From assembly GCA_031441465.1 (NCBI GenBank), contig JANOEP010000011.1, positions 64,001 to 128,000 on the forward strand: a stretch of 64,000 nt of DNA, read 5' to 3'. The translations under genes were made by a program, and so were the position numbers. Of this stretch, positions 47,943-58,783 are shown piece by piece. This stretch comes from a bacterium (GTDB lineage: Bacteria; Krumholzibacteriota; Krumholzibacteriia; LZORAL124-64-63). Position 1 is the first letter of the stretch. Every line of letters starts with the position of its first letter. A model generated the notes under the pieces. That model was not told the origin of the DNA. It did not search any database and worked only from the letters and a program-made list of their open reading frames with translations.

Positions 47943-49061
47943 ATGCGGACTTTTCAACAGGCCATGATCGTCGTCGCCTCGCTGACGTTGGGATGGGCGC
48001 CGGTCCAGGCCTTCCACGATGGCGGCGTCGCTTACTGCGCAGGCTGCCACACCATGCATGTGAGCCAGAACGGCGGCCCCGGCTACCACGGGACACCGGG
48101 CGGCAACCCTGATCTGCTGATGTACGGGAACGCCACCGACACGTGTGTGCGTTGTCACTATTTCCGCGGTCAGATCTCGAACGGCCAAGGCCAGGGGCCG
48201 GGTGGGGATTTCTACTGGCTGACGCGCACGTTCACCTGGACCACGCCGGGGGGAACGACGGGGAGCAGTCCCGGCCACACGCACGGACACAACGTGGCCT
48301 GCAACGTGTTCAACATTCCTGCCGATCCGGTTCTCCAGCAGGCGCCCGGCGGGGAATTCCTCAGCAACGAACTCGGCTGCACCAGCTGCCACGATCCCCA
48401 TGGCAACAGGAATTTCCGCATGCTCTACGATTCGCAGCTCGGCCCCAGGTACGTAGGTGATACGCGATTCGCGTTCACGGCCGACGCACCGCTGGCCCGC
48501 GGCAATGCCGGCACCACGCTGGTCGGCGGCGGCGCCAACGAAACCGACGCCCGGCATACCGTCTACAAGAGCGGTTTCAGCGAGTGGTGCGCCAACTGCC
48601 ATCCGTCGATGTTCGAAACAGCCGGCGGGCAGTACATGCATCCCGCCGGCGTCGGGCTCACGCCCACGATCGCTGACCGTTACAACGGATACGTGAGCAC
48701 CGATGATCCGGATGGCGGCATCCAGGCCGCATCCTACATGGGCCTGGTGCCTTTCGAAGCGGTCGATGTCGATCTGTCCTCGGTCGATCCCGCGAACTCG
48801 ACGTCAGGTCCCGCGGCCGGCGACCAGGTGATGTGCCTGTCCTGCCACCGCGCCCACGCGTCGCCGTTCGCCGACGCCGGGCGCTGGGATTTCGCCGCCA
48901 CGTTCCTGGTTGCGGATTCGCATCCCCGGATAGGTGACGGCGGCGCCTCTGCACAGGACATCGCCAACCGCTATTACGGGTACACCTTCACGCCCAACCA
49001 GCGCTCGTTGTGCAACAAGTGCCACGTCAAGGACTTCGGAGACGCGCCGTACACTCCCTGA
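47943..49061 (+). CDS. OmcS-family hexaheme c-type cytochrome
   Basis: Mature start FHDGGVAYCAGCHTMH; PGGDFYW; GHNV; CTSCHDPHG; SEWCANCH; HPAG; CLSCHRAHAS; QRSLCNKCHVKD. Six CxxCH, collinear with Geobacter OmcS as recalled. Confidence 0.88.
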   Translation: MRTFQQAMIVVASLTLGWAPVQAFHDGGVAYCAGCHTMHVSQNGGPGYHGTPGGNPDLLMYGNATDTCVRCHYFRGQISNGQGQGPGGDFYWLTRTFTWTTPGGTTGSSPGHTHGHNVACNVFNIPADPVLQQAPGGEFLSNELGCTSCHDPHGNRNFRMLYDSQLGPRYVGDTRFAFTADAPLARGNAGTTLVGGGANETDARHTVYKSGFSEWCANCHPSMFETAGGQYMHPAGVGLTPTIADRYNGYVSTDDPDGGIQAASYMGLVPFEAVDVDLSSVDPANSTSGPAAGDQVMCLSCHRAHASPFADAGRWDFAATFLVADSHPRIGDGGASAQDIANRYYGYTFTPNQRSLCNKCHVKDFGDAPYTP

Positions 49062-49072
49062 GTTGTGCGGAG

Positions 49073-49104
49073 GCGGCCGGGAGCCCCATCCGGCTTCCGG
49101 CCGC
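49073..49104. terminator. Hairpin between convergent genes
   Basis: GCGGCCGGGAGCC...GGCTTCCGGCCGC. Confidence 0.5.
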
Positions 49105-49135
49105 TGTCCCGATCGGCAAGTGTGGCCAAGTCCTC

Positions 49136-51268
<2,133 letters not shown>

Positions 51269-51393
51269 GGGGCGGACCTCTCGTTTCGGGTCGGGGTGTG
51301 CGGCGCGGGGTCGGGCCATGATAGGACGGCGCGGCGCCCCTGTCATCCCTCAACGGGCTTCCCAGCCGACCCGGCCGCTGCTACGATACGGGC

Positions 51394-52089
51394 ATGTCCG
51401 GCCACGAGTTGCACATCCTCCACGAGGACAACCACCTGCTGGTGGTGGTCAAACCCGCCGGGCTGCTGGCCCAGGGCGACCGCACCGGCGACGTTTCCTT
51501 GCTGGACCTCTGCAAGGCCGACCTGAAGGCCCGCTTCGGCAAGCCGGGCAACGTCTACCTGGGCCTGGTGCACCGCCTGGACCGGCCGGTCTCCGGCGTG
51601 ATGGTCCTGGCCCGCACCTCGAAGGCCGCGTCGCGGCTCAGCGCGCAGTTCCGCGACGCGCAGGTGCGCAAGACCTACCGGGCCGTCGTCGAGGGCGCGC
51701 CGCCCGCACCCGAGGGGGACCTCGTCGGCCACCTGGCCGCCGAGGGCGACCAGGACGGGCGGACCCGCTGGTCGGCGTCGCCCTTCCCCGGCTCGCGCGA
51801 GGCGGACCTGCGCTACCACGTGCTCGCCGCCGCGCCCGGCCGCTCGCTGCTCGAGGTCCGGCCGCAGACCGGCAGGCGTCACCAGATCCGCGTCCAGCTC
51901 GCCGCGGCCGGCTGTCCCGTGGCCGGTGACGTGAAGTATGGCGCCCCGGCTCCTTTGCCCGACCGCTCCGTGGCCCTGCACGCCTGGCGCCTGGAACTGG
52001 CGCACCCCGTCGGCGGTGGGCTCCTCGTCTTCACCGCCCCCGTCCCCGAGAGCGCGCCCTGGTCCCTGTTCGCCGAGGCCGGCTCGTGA
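51394..52089 (+). CDS. RluA-family pseudouridine synthase
   Basis: VKPAG, VHRLDRPVSG, TGRRHQIR, GDVKYG. Confidence 0.93.
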   Translation: MSGHELHILHEDNHLLVVVKPAGLLAQGDRTGDVSLLDLCKADLKARFGKPGNVYLGLVHRLDRPVSGVMVLARTSKAASRLSAQFRDAQVRKTYRAVVEGAPPAPEGDLVGHLAAEGDQDGRTRWSASPFPGSREADLRYHVLAAAPGRSLLEVRPQTGRRHQIRVQLAAAGCPVAGDVKYGAPAPLPDRSVALHAWRLELAHPVGGGLLVFTAPVPESAPWSLFAEAGS

Positions 52090-53222
52090 TCGCGGTCGAT
52101 GTCACCATCGTCGGCGGCGGCATCGTCGGCTGCGCGGTGGCCGACGCCGCGGCCCGTCCCGGCCGGTCGGTCGTGCTGCTGGAAAAGGAAGCGCGCCTGG
52201 GCGCCGGCACGACCTCGCGCAACAGCGAAGTGGGCCACGGCGGCATGTACTACCCGACGGGTTCTTTGAAGGCCCGCTGTTGCGTCCGCGGGCGACGGCT
52301 GCTGCGCGAGTTCTGCCTCGGGGCGGGTGTCGGCTGGCGCGACGCGGGCAAGCTCATCGTGGCCTGCGACGAGGCCGAAGCGCCCGGCCTGGAGCGGCTG
52401 CACGCTCTGGGGGCCGCCAACGGCGTCGAAGACCTCGCCCTGCTGGGCCGCGATGAAGTGCGCCGCCTCGAACCGCAGATCCGCGCCGCGGCGGCCCTGC
52501 ACTCGCCGCGCACCGCGATCCTCGACGCCGAGGGCGCGGCCCGAGCTCTGGGGTCGCGCGCCGCCGGCCGTGGCGCCGAGGTGATGACCGGCGCCGAGGT
52601 CACGGGCCTCGCGCGGCGCGGGGGCGTCTGGGAAGTGTCGGCCCGCCGCGGCGCCGAGACCTGGACCCACGCGAGCCGGCAGGTCGTCAACTGCGCGGGG
52701 CTGCACGCCGACGAGGTCGCCGCGCTGGCCGGGGTGGACGTCGCCGGCCTCGGCCTGCGCCAGCGCTGGGTCAAGGGCAACTACTTCGCGGTGGACCCCC
52801 GCCACGCCGGGCGCGTGTCCCGCCTGGTCTACCCGGTGCCGCCGCTGGACCGCGACACGCTGGGCGTGCACGTCTGCCTGGACCTGGCCGGCCAGATGCG
52901 CCTGGGTCCCGACTTCGAGACCGTGCCGCGATGCGAGGACTACGGCGTCGATCCCGCCCGCGCCGCCGCCTTCTACACGGGCGCCGCGCGCTTCCTGCCC
53001 TGGCTCGAGCCGCAGGACCTGCAGCCGGCGCTCAGCGGCCTGCGCCCCAAGCTCGACACCGACGCCCCCTTCGCCGACTTCCAGGTGCGCCGCGAAGCTG
53101 GTGACCTCGATGGCCTGATCAACCTGATCGGGATCGATTCGCCGGGGCTGACCTCGGCGCCCGCGCTGGCGGAGATCGTCGCCGCCCTGCTGGACGGGCG
53201 CGACGCGCGGGTGGCATCGTGA
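52086..53222 (+). CDS. FAD-dependent oxidoreductase (LhgO-like)
   Basis: VGGGIVG, TSRNSEV.H.G.YY, KGNYF, GIDSPGLT. Confidence 0.88.
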   Translation: MIAVDVTIVGGGIVGCAVADAAARPGRSVVLLEKEARLGAGTTSRNSEVGHGGMYYPTGSLKARCCVRGRRLLREFCLGAGVGWRDAGKLIVACDEAEAPGLERLHALGAANGVEDLALLGRDEVRRLEPQIRAAAALHSPRTAILDAEGAARALGSRAAGRGAEVMTGAEVTGLARRGGVWEVSARRGAETWTHASRQVVNCAGLHADEVAALAGVDVAGLGLRQRWVKGNYFAVDPRHAGRVSRLVYPVPPLDRDTLGVHVCLDLAGQMRLGPDFETVPRCEDYGVDPARAAAFYTGAARFLPWLEPQDLQPALSGLRPKLDTDAPFADFQVRREAGDLDGLINLIGIDSPGLTSAPALAEIVAALLDGRDARVAS

Positions 53223-54010
53223 CCGCCGCGGCCGTCGCGATCGTGCTGCTGCTGCTGGCCGGCTGGGCCGCGGCCCGCGCCCTGCGCGCCGCCGGCGAAT
53301 GGCGCACGGCACCGCGCGGCCGGCGTCCCTTCGCCGCGACGGGCGCGCATTACCGCCGTTGCTACGACCGGCGCGGGTTCCTGATCCTGGGCGGGGTGGC
53401 GCTGGCCGCCTTCATCATGGCGCACACGGGGATCGACGAGGCGATCGACCGGGCCCACGCGCGCCGCGTCCGCGGCCCGCGCAGCGACGCGGCCGTCGGC
53501 ATCCTGCGCGGGTTCGGCCGGCGGCCGTGGTTCCTGGTCTGGGGGGCTTTCGGGCTGCTCGACGGCTTGGTCGCGACGACACCGCTGCTGCGCTGGGGCC
53601 GGCGCAACTTCGAGGCCATGGTCGTCGGCCTGCCCGCGCTCTGGTCGCTGCAGTTCGCGGGCGGCGCCTCGCGCCCCACCGACCCGCCAGGCGATGCGCA
53701 CTGGCGTCCCTTCCGCGACGACAACACCGCGTCGGGCGACACCTTCGTGGCCGCCGTGCCCTGGCTCAACGCCGGCCGCACCGTCGACGAACCCTGGTTG
53801 CGACGGCTGGCTTGGCTGCTGAGCTGGGGGCCGGGCTGGGGGCGGCTCAACGACCGCAAACATTACGCGAGCCAGGTGATGTTCGGCCACGAGATCGCCG
53901 CGCAGGCGGTCAGGTCGGTCGCCGCCACCGACACCGCCGCCGCCGATTACCGCACGAGCGTCATCCGCCCGCCGCCGCTGCCGCTGCGAGATTCCACGCG
54001 ATACAGGTAA
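53219..54010 (+). CDS. PAP2-like membrane protein
   Basis: RP...SGDT...R..DRKHYASQV pattern with TM helices. 3' end overlaps the convergent gene. Confidence 0.55.
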   Translation: MTAAAVAIVLLLLAGWAAARALRAAGEWRTAPRGRRPFAATGAHYRRCYDRRGFLILGGVALAAFIMAHTGIDEAIDRAHARRVRGPRSDAAVGILRGFGRRPWFLVWGAFGLLDGLVATTPLLRWGRRNFEAMVVGLPALWSLQFAGGASRPTDPPGDAHWRPFRDDNTASGDTFVAAVPWLNAGRTVDEPWLRRLAWLLSWGPGWGRLNDRKHYASQVMFGHEIAAQAVRSVAATDTAAADYRTSVIRPPPLPLRDSTRYR

Positions 54011-55173
54011 ACACCCGAGGGCAGCGCCGCACCCGCGGCGTCCCGCCCCTCCCAGAGCACGGTCTGCGCACCGGTCGGGGCATTCCAGTCGCGCGACCAG
54101 ATCGCGCGGCCGGCGAGGTCGTGCACGGTCAGGCGCACCGCTCCGGGCTCTGCGACCGCGAAGCGGATGGTGGTCGCCGGATTGAACGGGTTCGGGTAGT
54201 TGTCGACCGCCAGCAGCAGGGGCGCGTCGGGCACGGGGGTGCCCTGCTCGTCCATGTCCCAGATCGTGCCGTTGACGGTGTAGGTGACGAAGCCCGTCGT
54301 CGCGACGACGATGTGGCCGTTGGCGATCGTGCGCATGCCGGCGGGGTAGGTGGAGGTGGAGCCTTGGGCGGTCTGGTAGACGTAGGCGCCGGCGGCGGAC
54401 AGGCGATTCAGCGCGTCCTGGCTCGGGTGGCCGTAGCTGCTGCTGGTCGGCACCGAGATGATCGCGACCTCGGGCGTCGTCGAATTCAGGAAAGAGGTGT
54501 TGCTGCTGGTGAACGAACCGTGGTGGTTGACGTGGAGGACCTCGATGTCGCCGGCCTCGAGGCCGACCGACGTCTCGACGTCCTGCTCGCTGCTGTAGCC
54601 GCCGGTCAGATCGCCCGCGACCAGGAAATCGAAATCCCCGCTCTGGATCAGCAGGGCCATGCAGTAGGCGTTTTCCTGGGTCGAACTGGTGAAGGGCGAC
54701 GGCAGCGTGCCGTTGCCGTTCAACGCGATGACCGTGGCGGTCACGCCGTCGCCCAGGTCGATCACTTGGCCGTCGACCGCGGTGTGCCGCTTGGCGGCCA
54801 CCGCGTTGGCGTACGAGGTGTAGGTGGCGGTGGTGTAGGTCCAGCCCCGGTCGTAGACCGCCTGGGCGACGCCGACCGCGTTGTAGACCTCGTCGAGGCC
54901 GCCGATGTGGTCCTCGTGGTAGTGGCTGGCGGCCATGTAGTCGAGGGTCGTGATGCCGTGGCTCTGCAGGTAGGGGACGATCACGCTGTTGCCATCGCCG
55001 TTCTCGCCGCCGTCGAACAGCAGGGTCTTGCCGCTGGAGGAGACGATGAGCGTGGCGTCGGCCTGCCCGACGAAGAGGCAGTGGATCGTCACCCCGGCCA
55101 AGGCCGGCAAGGCGGATAGGCTCACAAGCAGGGCGGTCACCCAAACCCGCGTCCGGATGCTCTGGGAGGTCAT
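53947..55173 (-). CDS. Secreted ComEC/Rec2-type metallo-beta-lactamase fold hydrolase with FlgD-like domain
   Basis: VGQADA, SHYHEDHIGG, AGD, HHGS, YGHP; C-terminal NYPNPFNP...SGVYLY. Confidence 0.88.
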   Translation of the reverse strand: MTSQSIRTRVWVTALLVSLSALPALAGVTIHCLFVGQADATLIVSSSGKTLLFDGGENGDGNSVIVPYLQSHGITTLDYMAASHYHEDHIGGLDEVYNAVGVAQAVYDRGWTYTTATYTSYANAVAAKRHTAVDGQVIDLGDGVTATVIALNGNGTLPSPFTSSTQENAYCMALLIQSGDFDFLVAGDLTGGYSSEQDVETSVGLEAGDIEVLHVNHHGSFTSSNTSFLNSTTPEVAIISVPTSSSYGHPSQDALNRLSAAGAYVYQTAQGSTSTYPAGMRTIANGHIVVATTGFVTYTVNGTIWDMDEQGTPVPDAPLLLAVDNYPNPFNPATTIRFAVAEPGAVRLTVHDLAGRAIWSRDWNAPTGAQTVLWEGRDAAGAALPSGVYLYRVESRSGSGGGRMTLVR

Positions 55174-55279
55174 CGGGCGGCACCTTTGTTGAAAATGTCC
55201 TGCCAGTTGATCCTGGCTCCTCTTAATGATACCAGATTTCGCCGCTTTCCGAAAGCCGCCCTCTCCGAACTGTCAACAA

Positions 55280-55404
55280 GACCCATCCTTTGTGACAGGG
55301 GTGTCCTGCAGGCCCTGAAGCCAGGATGGCGAAAGGGCCGGAAGGCCAAGCGCTCAGGGCACACGAGGTGCCCTGAGCGCGTCCCCTGTCACAAAGGATG
55401 GGTC
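55280..55404. repeat. Structured element: perfect 22-bp inverted repeat enclosing hairpins
   Basis: GACCCATCCTTTGTGACAGGGG (55280-55301) and its exact reverse complement (55383-55404); inner GCGCTCAGGGCAC...GTGCCCTGAGCGC. Confidence 0.7.
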
Positions 55405-56677
55405 AACCCCCTACTTGTTTCTTGATCCAGGTCGTCGTCACCGACTTCGGCCGCTCGATGGGCGTGGCCATGGCCCGGTTGATGACCAGCTGCGAAGCCA
55501 TGCCGAGCGCCCGCGAGACGGCGAAGAACACCGTGTAGAAGGAGAACTCCTTGATCCCGTAGTGGTAGAGCAGGGCGCCCGAGCCCGCGTCCACGTTCGG
55601 CCAGATGTTCTTGGCCTTGCCGTGCTGCTGCAGCACGTCGGGCACGACCTCGAACACGATGTTGACCGTCTTCATGATCGGGTCGTCCGGGAAGTGCTTC
55701 ATGCCGAAGTCGCGGAAGCAGGTGAAGCGGGGGTCGGTCACGCGCAGCACGGCGTGGCCGTAGCCCGGCACGACCTGGCCCGAGTTCAGGGTCTCCCAGG
55801 CGAACTTGCGGATGTTCTCGTGGGTCGGCTGGCCCACGGCCTTCTTCAGGTCCAGGATCCACTTCAGGCATTCCTGGTTGGCCAGTCCGTGCAGCGGGCC
55901 GGCCAGGCCGTTCAGGGCCGCCGACACGCTGTAGTAGGCGTTGCTCAGGGCCGAACCCACCAGATGGCAGGTGTGGGCCGAGACGTTGCCGCCCTCGTGG
56001 TCGCAATGCAGCACCAGGTACAGGCGCATGCAGTCGGCGAACTCCCCGTTCGGGTCCTTGACGCCCAGCATGTGCGCGAAGTTCTCGGACCAGGTGAGGC
56101 TCTTCTTCGGGGCGATCCGCGGGCCCTTGCGGTAGCGCATGCGGTAGATGCCGGCGGCGATGGCCGGCAGTTTCGCGATCAGGTCCAGCGAGTCTTCCAG
56201 CGTGGGCTTCCAGTAATCCAGCTTGTTCATGCCCTCGTAGTAGGCGTCGCGGAACTTCGACTCGCGTTCCATGGCCAGGATCGCGGTGTCGAACATGCAC
56301 ATCGGGTGGGAGTCCTTCGGCATCGCCTCCAGCACCCGCCAGACGTAGGCCGGCACGCGGGCGCGCTCGGCCAGGTCCTGCTGCAGGGCCCGGGTGTCGC
56401 GGGACGACGGCATCTCGCCGGTGCACAGCAGGTAGAAGACGTCCTCGGGGGTGCGGTCGGCCAGCTCGGCGATCGGAGTGCCGCGGATCAACAGGCCCAC
56501 GTCGGGCGGCACCTCGCTGGTGTCGCAGACCATGCCCTTCACGCCGCGCATGCCGCCGTAGGCCTGGGCGACCGTCACGTCGCTGATCTTCGTATCGCCG
56601 TGGGTCTGCACGAGGGTGCGGATTTCCTGGCGCCACTCGGGGATGAGCTGGGCCATGCGCGTCTGGAGCTTAGCCAT
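55403..56677 (-). CDS. gltA: Citrate synthase (eukaryote-type)
   Basis: YGGMRG, HCDHEGGNVSAH, GLAGPLHGLANQE, PGYGHAVLR, WPNVDA. Confidence 0.95.
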   Translation of the reverse strand: MAKLQTRMAQLIPEWRQEIRTLVQTHGDTKISDVTVAQAYGGMRGVKGMVCDTSEVPPDVGLLIRGTPIAELADRTPEDVFYLLCTGEMPSSRDTRALQQDLAERARVPAYVWRVLEAMPKDSHPMCMFDTAILAMERESKFRDAYYEGMNKLDYWKPTLEDSLDLIAKLPAIAAGIYRMRYRKGPRIAPKKSLTWSENFAHMLGVKDPNGEFADCMRLYLVLHCDHEGGNVSAHTCHLVGSALSNAYYSVSAALNGLAGPLHGLANQECLKWILDLKKAVGQPTHENIRKFAWETLNSGQVVPGYGHAVLRVTDPRFTCFRDFGMKHFPDDPIMKTVNIVFEVVPDVLQQHGKAKNIWPNVDAGSGALLYHYGIKEFSFYTVFFAVSRALGMASQLVINRAMATPIERPKSVTTTWIKKQVGG

Positions 56678-56898
56678 GGGGGCCTCCTTGGTCGGTCGGG
56701 ACTCGGCGCAAAGCGGAGTCCGCTACTCGTATAATGCATGCGGATCTGCAACGCTCTGCGACGAAACATAATCGCAACGGCGCGACAAATTCAAGGGGCA
56801 TCGCGTTTGTCATTCCAGGGAGCAGCGATTACCATTGTGGGGGCGTCTGTCTGGGACGCCGAACATCCCCCGGGAAGAGCCGATCTGGAGGCAGGTAC

Positions 56899-57432
56899 AT
56901 GAGCGACGTGACCAAGTGCATCGAGATCCTCGGCGACGCCATCGCTTTCGAGGAAGAGGGTATCCGCTTCTTCACCGAGCACGCCGAGTCGGCCGGCTCG
57001 ACGATCGAGCGCAAGATCTTCCAGTCCCTCGCCAAGGATGAGCAGGGCCACCGCGCCTACCTGATCGGCCTGCGCGACGAATTGATCCGCACGCACAACC
57101 TGTCGCCGTTGAGCGCCGGGACGGACCACCACCACGACCGCTCGCCCCGCCAGATCTTCGAGACCGCCCTCGAGGGGGTCAAGGACCCCTACAAGTACGT
57201 GGAAGAGGACCTCGAGATCCTCAAGGGGGCCATGGAGGTCGAGCGCAAGGGCTACACGATGTACGCCAAGGCCGCCGCGACGGTGGAAACCGCCGAGGCC
57301 AAGGGCCTGTTCGAGCATCTGGCCCTCGAGGAGCAGAACCACTACGACCTGCTGAAGAACACCTACGAATACATCCGCGACCCGCAGGGGTGGCACGAGT
57401 ACGAAGAAGGCGGCATGCTCGACGGCGGTTAG
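56899..57432 (+). CDS. Ferritin/rubrerythrin-like di-iron protein
   Basis: Duplicated E...LAxxExxH motifs (LAKDEQGH; LALEEQNH). Confidence 0.85.
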   Translation: MSDVTKCIEILGDAIAFEEEGIRFFTEHAESAGSTIERKIFQSLAKDEQGHRAYLIGLRDELIRTHNLSPLSAGTDHHHDRSPRQIFETALEGVKDPYKYVEEDLEILKGAMEVERKGYTMYAKAAATVETAEAKGLFEHLALEEQNHYDLLKNTYEYIRDPQGWHEYEEGGMLDGG

Positions 57433-57514
57433 ACCGCCGCGCGCGCACGCCCCGCAAGGACCAGCGGCCGCTCCGCCACGCCGGCGGGGCGGCCGCGTCT
57501 CGAAGGAGACGCCG

Positions 57515-58558
57515 ATGACCGACCGTGCCGCCGCCCGCGACCTCTTCCGCGGCATCACCGCCCTGGCGCCGATGGCCACCGGCGGCAACCTGCCCTACCG
57601 CCGCCTGTGCAAGCAGTTCGGAGCGGACACGACCTGCTGCGAGATGCTGCTCGCGCACAAGCTGGTCAAGGCCAGCCGCCTCGAAGTCGCCCTGATGCGG
57701 CGCCACGCCGAGGAGGGGCCTTTCGGCATCCAGATCGCCGGCAGCAAGCCCGAACTCATGGCCGAGGCTGCGCGCATCGCCCAGGGAGCCGGCGCCGACT
57801 ACCTGGACCTGAACTTCGGCTGCCCGATCGACCTGATGGTCCGCAAGGGGATCGGCGCGGCGGCGTTGCAGCGGCCCACCCGTCTGGCCGCCATGGTGGC
57901 GGCCGCGCGCGCGGCCGTCGAGTTGCCGCTGCTGGTCAAGCTGCGTCTCGGCTGGTCGGAGCAGAAGATCAACGCCCCGGAGCTGGCCCGGCTGGCCGAG
58001 GCCGAAGGCGCCGACGTCCTGGTCGTCCACGGGCGCACGCGCGAGCAACGGTACCGCCGCGACGCGGACTGGGACGCGATCGCCGAGACCGCCCGCGCCG
58101 TCACGATCCCGGTGCTCGGCAACGGCGACATCCTGACGGTCTGGGACCGCGACCGGCGTCTCGCGCAGGCGCCCGTGGCCGGCGTGGTCGTGGCGCGCGG
58201 CGCGTTGATCAAGCCCTGGGTCTTCCGGGAACTGAAGGAGGGGCGGGCGTGGTACCCCACCGTCGCCGAGCGCTGGGCGGTGATGGCGCGTTACGTCGCG
58301 CTCGCGAAGGAGCACTTCGGCGACGACGAGAAGGGCCTGGCCCGGGTCGAGCGCTTCACGCTCTGGCACCTGGCGTTCTGGAACCGCTACCGGCCCTTCA
58401 CGCAGGCGGACTTCCTCGCCGAAGAGACATCGCTGATCCAGCGCCGCGTCGACTGGCCCGGGGACGATCCCGAGGAGTTGCTGCTCGCGAGCGAGCAGGA
58501 GCTGGACCACCGGCGGATCTGGGCGCGCCTGCTTGACAGCGACCACCCGGGCGTCTAA
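57515..58558 (+). CDS. tRNA-dihydrouridine synthase
   Basis: LAPM, DLNFGCP, VHGRTREQRY, GNGDI, ARGAL..PW. Confidence 0.93.
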   Translation: MTDRAAARDLFRGITALAPMATGGNLPYRRLCKQFGADTTCCEMLLAHKLVKASRLEVALMRRHAEEGPFGIQIAGSKPELMAEAARIAQGAGADYLDLNFGCPIDLMVRKGIGAAALQRPTRLAAMVAAARAAVELPLLVKLRLGWSEQKINAPELARLAEAEGADVLVVHGRTREQRYRRDADWDAIAETARAVTIPVLGNGDILTVWDRDRRLAQAPVAGVVVARGALIKPWVFRELKEGRAWYPTVAERWAVMARYVALAKEHFGDDEKGLARVERFTLWHLAFWNRYRPFTQADFLAEETSLIQRRVDWPGDDPEELLLASEQELDHRRIWARLLDSDHPGV

Positions 58559-58561
58559 GCT
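58533..58561 (+). promoter_or_regulatory. Sigma70 promoter of the B12 operon embedded in the dus 3' end
   Basis: TTGACA-N17-TAAGCT; the -10 box overlaps the dus TAA stop. Confidence 0.6.
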
Positions 58562-58597
58562 ACGCGTGCGGCTGTTTCGCGGCCGCGGACATCGTTC

Positions 58598-58748
58598 ATG
58601 TTCCGGTGATCACCCGGAAGCCGGTGCGAATCCGGCGCGGCCCCGCCACTGTGAGCGGCGACGAAACCCGTAAGAAGCCACTGGTCCTCGCGACCGGGAA
58701 GGCACGGGGAGTAGGACGACCCGCGAGCCAGGAGACCGATCCCCGGAC
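58598..58748 (+). ncRNA. Cobalamin riboswitch
   Basis: GGAAGCCGGTGCGAATCCGGCGCGGCCCCGCCACTGTGA, GCCACTG...GGGAAGG, and GAGCCAGGAGACC (B12 box); lies upstream of btuB and pduO. Confidence 0.93.
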
Positions 58749-58783
58749 CCTCTGCCATCACCCTCGCGGGAGGAGTTCGTGGC

